Shown piece by piece: positions 52,499 through 54,361 of a stretch of DNA of 54,361 nt. The position numbers were made by a program, and so were the translations under genes. Each line of letters begins with the position of its first letter. The stretch's first letter is position 1. The stretch is from contig BTQQ01000001.1 in assembly GCA_036985955.1 (NCBI GenBank), forward strand, positions 1 to 54,361, in the 5' to 3' direction. This DNA is from Zetaproteobacteria bacterium. GTDB lineage: Bacteria > Pseudomonadota > Zetaproteobacteria > Mariprofundales > Mariprofundaceae. Below the pieces are notes generated by a model. It had not been told where the DNA came from, did not search any database, and saw nothing but the letters and a program-made list of their open reading frames with translations.

Positions 52499-53779
52499 GT
52501 GGAGGCGCAGCCGCTGATTTCAGGCTATGCCGAGCGTCTTCTTCCGGGAGGCGAGGCGCTTGTCCGCAATCAGAACAAGCAGTTCCTGATAAGTAATGCC
52601 GTACCGGGTGATACCGTCCAATGCCGGATTGAAGGCAAGCGACGCGGCATGCTTCGGGGCCGTGTGGAGGCCCGGATTCACGCTTCCACAATGCGCGTGG
52701 AGGCCAATTGTGAAGTGGCCGGGAAATGTGGGGGCTGTGCCCTTCAGTTTCTTGACCCGGCCTGTCACGCAGCGGTCAAATCAGCATGGGTCAGGGAGGC
52801 ATTTTCATCCTTTTTTGATCCGGAGACTGTATGGCGCCCTATTCACGGAAAGGCCGAATGCGGGCAGCGCCGACGTGCCCGCTGGTGGAGAGCTGAAGAT
52901 TCCGACGGGATTTTCCTGGGTTTTCGTGCAAGAGGCAGTCATGAGGTTGTACGCGCACCGACCTGTCAAATGGTTAGTCCGGAAATAGATGCGCTTCGCC
53001 TGCATATCCAGCATGGCATTCCGGACAGTGTCGAATCCGTTCAGGTAACGCGGCTTTCGGACGGAATGCATGTGGTCTTTGAAGCACGGGCAGAAGATGT
53101 TGATACCGATACTGCTCGGCATTTGGCAACATCCATGATGGAACTTTCGCTTGCTGTTCCCATTATTCCATGGTGGCGCAGTTCTTCGGCAACCGTTCCA
53201 TTACATCATCCGGTAAAAATACTGCACGACCGGGTTCCGGCAGGCGATACGCTGATTCAACTGCCTGTCGGTCCCGATGATTTTGTCCAGGGGCATGCCA
53301 CAGACAATGCGGATATGGTGCAGCAGGTGCAGGAATGGGCCGGAAGCCCACGCTTTGTAGCAGACTTTTTTTGTGGAATCGGGAACCTGTCGCTGCCACT
53401 GGCTTACCACGCCAACACCGGGGTGCGGGGGGCGGATGCTACTGTATCCAGCATTCGACTGGCCAATGCCAGCGCAAAAAAACTTGGTGTGGATGCACAT
53501 TATGAAGCTATCAATCTCTTTGAGGCCTTTGATATCAGCGCTTTTGCCGGTGCTGACGTGCTGATTCTCGATCCGCCGCGAAAGGGTGCGAAAAGAATTT
53601 GCCGGAGCATGGGCACGTTGCTTCCAGCCAGTATTATCATGGTGAATTGTGATGTGGCTTCCGGCGCTCGCGATGCGAGCGAGCTTTACAAAACGGGTTA
53701 TCGTTTGCGGGCGCTTCGGGCCTTCGATCTGTTTCCCTATAGCGGACATGTGGAAGCGATGAGCTTGTGGCGGCGGTGA
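52499..53779 (+). CDS. rlmD: 23S rRNA (uracil-C5)-methyltransferase, RlmD/RumA family
   Basis: N-terminal TRAM-like region, Fe-S cysteines (C..CGGCALQ), and the SAM-MTase motifs ILDPPRKGA and VNCDVASGARD. GTG start. Confidence 0.85.
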   Translation: MEAQPLISGYAERLLPGGEALVRNQNKQFLISNAVPGDTVQCRIEGKRRGMLRGRVEARIHASTMRVEANCEVAGKCGGCALQFLDPACHAAVKSAWVREAFSSFFDPETVWRPIHGKAECGQRRRARWWRAEDSDGIFLGFRARGSHEVVRAPTCQMVSPEIDALRLHIQHGIPDSVESVQVTRLSDGMHVVFEARAEDVDTDTARHLATSMMELSLAVPIIPWWRSSSATVPLHHPVKILHDRVPAGDTLIQLPVGPDDFVQGHATDNADMVQQVQEWAGSPRFVADFFCGIGNLSLPLAYHANTGVRGADATVSSIRLANASAKKLGVDAHYEAINLFEAFDISAFAGADVLILDPPRKGAKRICRSMGTLLPASIIMVNCDVASGARDASELYKTGYRLRALRAFDLFPYSGHVEAMSLWRR

Positions 53780-53781
53780 TA

Positions 53782-54361
53782 ATGAGGCGTTTTCTGTTTT
53801 CCCTCTCCCTGTTATTGATGGTATCAGCTTGTCAGCAATCAATACCGGGACAAAACGAGATTCGCATCGGGCTGGCGCAAACACCCATGACTCTGGATCC
53901 CCGCTACGCTACGGATGCAGCTTCGCACCGCGTACAGGAGTTGTTGCATCGCGGTCTTGTAAAACTGGATGCGCATTTCGAACCGCAACCGGATGCTGCC
54001 GAGCGATGGGAACATCCTGATGCCTTAGCGTGGCGTTTTTTTATACGTCCCGGACTGAAATTTAGCGATGGTACGCCGGTGCGGGCAGCGGATGCGGCCG
54101 CAACGCTGAACTCCATCATGGATGCGGATAAGGCGAGTCCGCTGCGCGCCGGTTTTGCAGCGATTCGCAAGGTGGAGGCCGTGTCGGAACGGGAGCTTGT
54201 CATCCGGCTCATCAAGCCAGATGCATCACTGCTGACCCGCTTATCTATCGGCATCATTCCGGCACAATTGGCGGCCAAAGCCCAGCAACCGCGTAAGATT
54301 ATCGGCTGTGGACCATGTCATTTAGTAAGCTGGGATCAGCATGGCCTTCTATTGGAGCAAT
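53782..54361 (+). CDS. ABC transporter substrate-binding lipoprotein, family 5 (peptide/nickel type), 5' part (runs off the right edge)
   Basis: The ATG at 53782 gives MRRFLFSLSLLLMVSAC (lipobox), then IRIGLAQTPMTLDPRYATDAASHRV...ERWEHPDALAWRFFIRPGLKFSDGTPV. It is open to the end of the window and is not on the ORF track because it has no stop. Confidence 0.8.
   Translation, partial: MRRFLFSLSLLLMVSACQQSIPGQNEIRIGLAQTPMTLDPRYATDAASHRVQELLHRGLVKLDAHFEPQPDAAERWEHPDALAWRFFIRPGLKFSDGTPVRAADAAATLNSIMDADKASPLRAGFAAIRKVEAVSERELVIRLIKPDASLLTRLSIGIIPAQLAAKAQQPRKIIGCGPCHLVSWDQHGLLLEQ

Noticed and set aside
1-54361. Search for CRISPR arrays, tRNA/rRNA genes, IS/transposase or integrase genes, prophage, toxin-antitoxin or defence-island signatures
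   Set aside because: I found none of the following: regularly spaced direct repeats, tRNA-like T-arm motifs, transposase/integrase/recombinase-like ORFs or phage structural genes. The window reads as core chromosome, with the possible small MITE-like element at 21971-22244 as the only exception.

Overview
The 54.4-kb window has about 50% GC, is gene-dense and looks chromosomal. It appears to come from a beta/gamma-proteobacterial chemolithotroph (gene content is Nitrosomonadales-like, which is an inference only). I found no rRNA, tRNA, CRISPR array, transposase or prophage genes.

Gene content, left to right:
- 1-9200: 3' end of hppA, a class-V aminotransferase, aspS, a small lipoprotein, an icd gene with a C-terminal zinc-ribbon extension, a DUF4197 protein, a hydrolase-OsmC fusion and a di-heme cytochrome c peroxidase.
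- 9263-13240, minus strand: tolB-pal-cpoB-queE-queC.
- 13.4-30.5 kb: a respiratory/copper island. It holds two non-canonical heme-copper-oxidase (HCO) clusters, ctaB, ctaA, two SCO proteins, a PCuAC-Sel1 fusion, two cytochrome b561 paralogs, an FGE/NirV-like protein, nnrS and two c-type cytochromes. A perfect FNR/Dnr-type box sits in front of the first cluster.
- 30.6-42.5 kb: a SAM-I riboswitch with an intrinsic terminator, followed by 11 co-directional genes. These are a ThrC-like PLP enzyme, a CysO/MoaD-like carrier, a NIL protein, cysK, a moeB-like E1, a sulfite reductase-TusA fusion, a radical-SAM-like protein, an SLC13 permease and cysH-cysD-cysN.
- 42.5-54.4 kb: a TetR-regulated RND efflux operon, trxA, a MidA-family methyltransferase, a membrane Ser/Thr kinase, rlmD and the 5' end of an ABC substrate-binding protein.

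The most interesting candidates are:
- the riboswitch-gated operon that appears to run from sulfate to a protein thiocarboxylate and on to homocysteine/cysteine, with its fused and uncharacterised members;
- the two atypical HCO clusters;
- two G10-11 homopolymer tracts placed just upstream of start codons.

All calls rest on reading motifs in the supplied translations and the DNA by eye. No database search, HMM or RNA-folding computation was possible.
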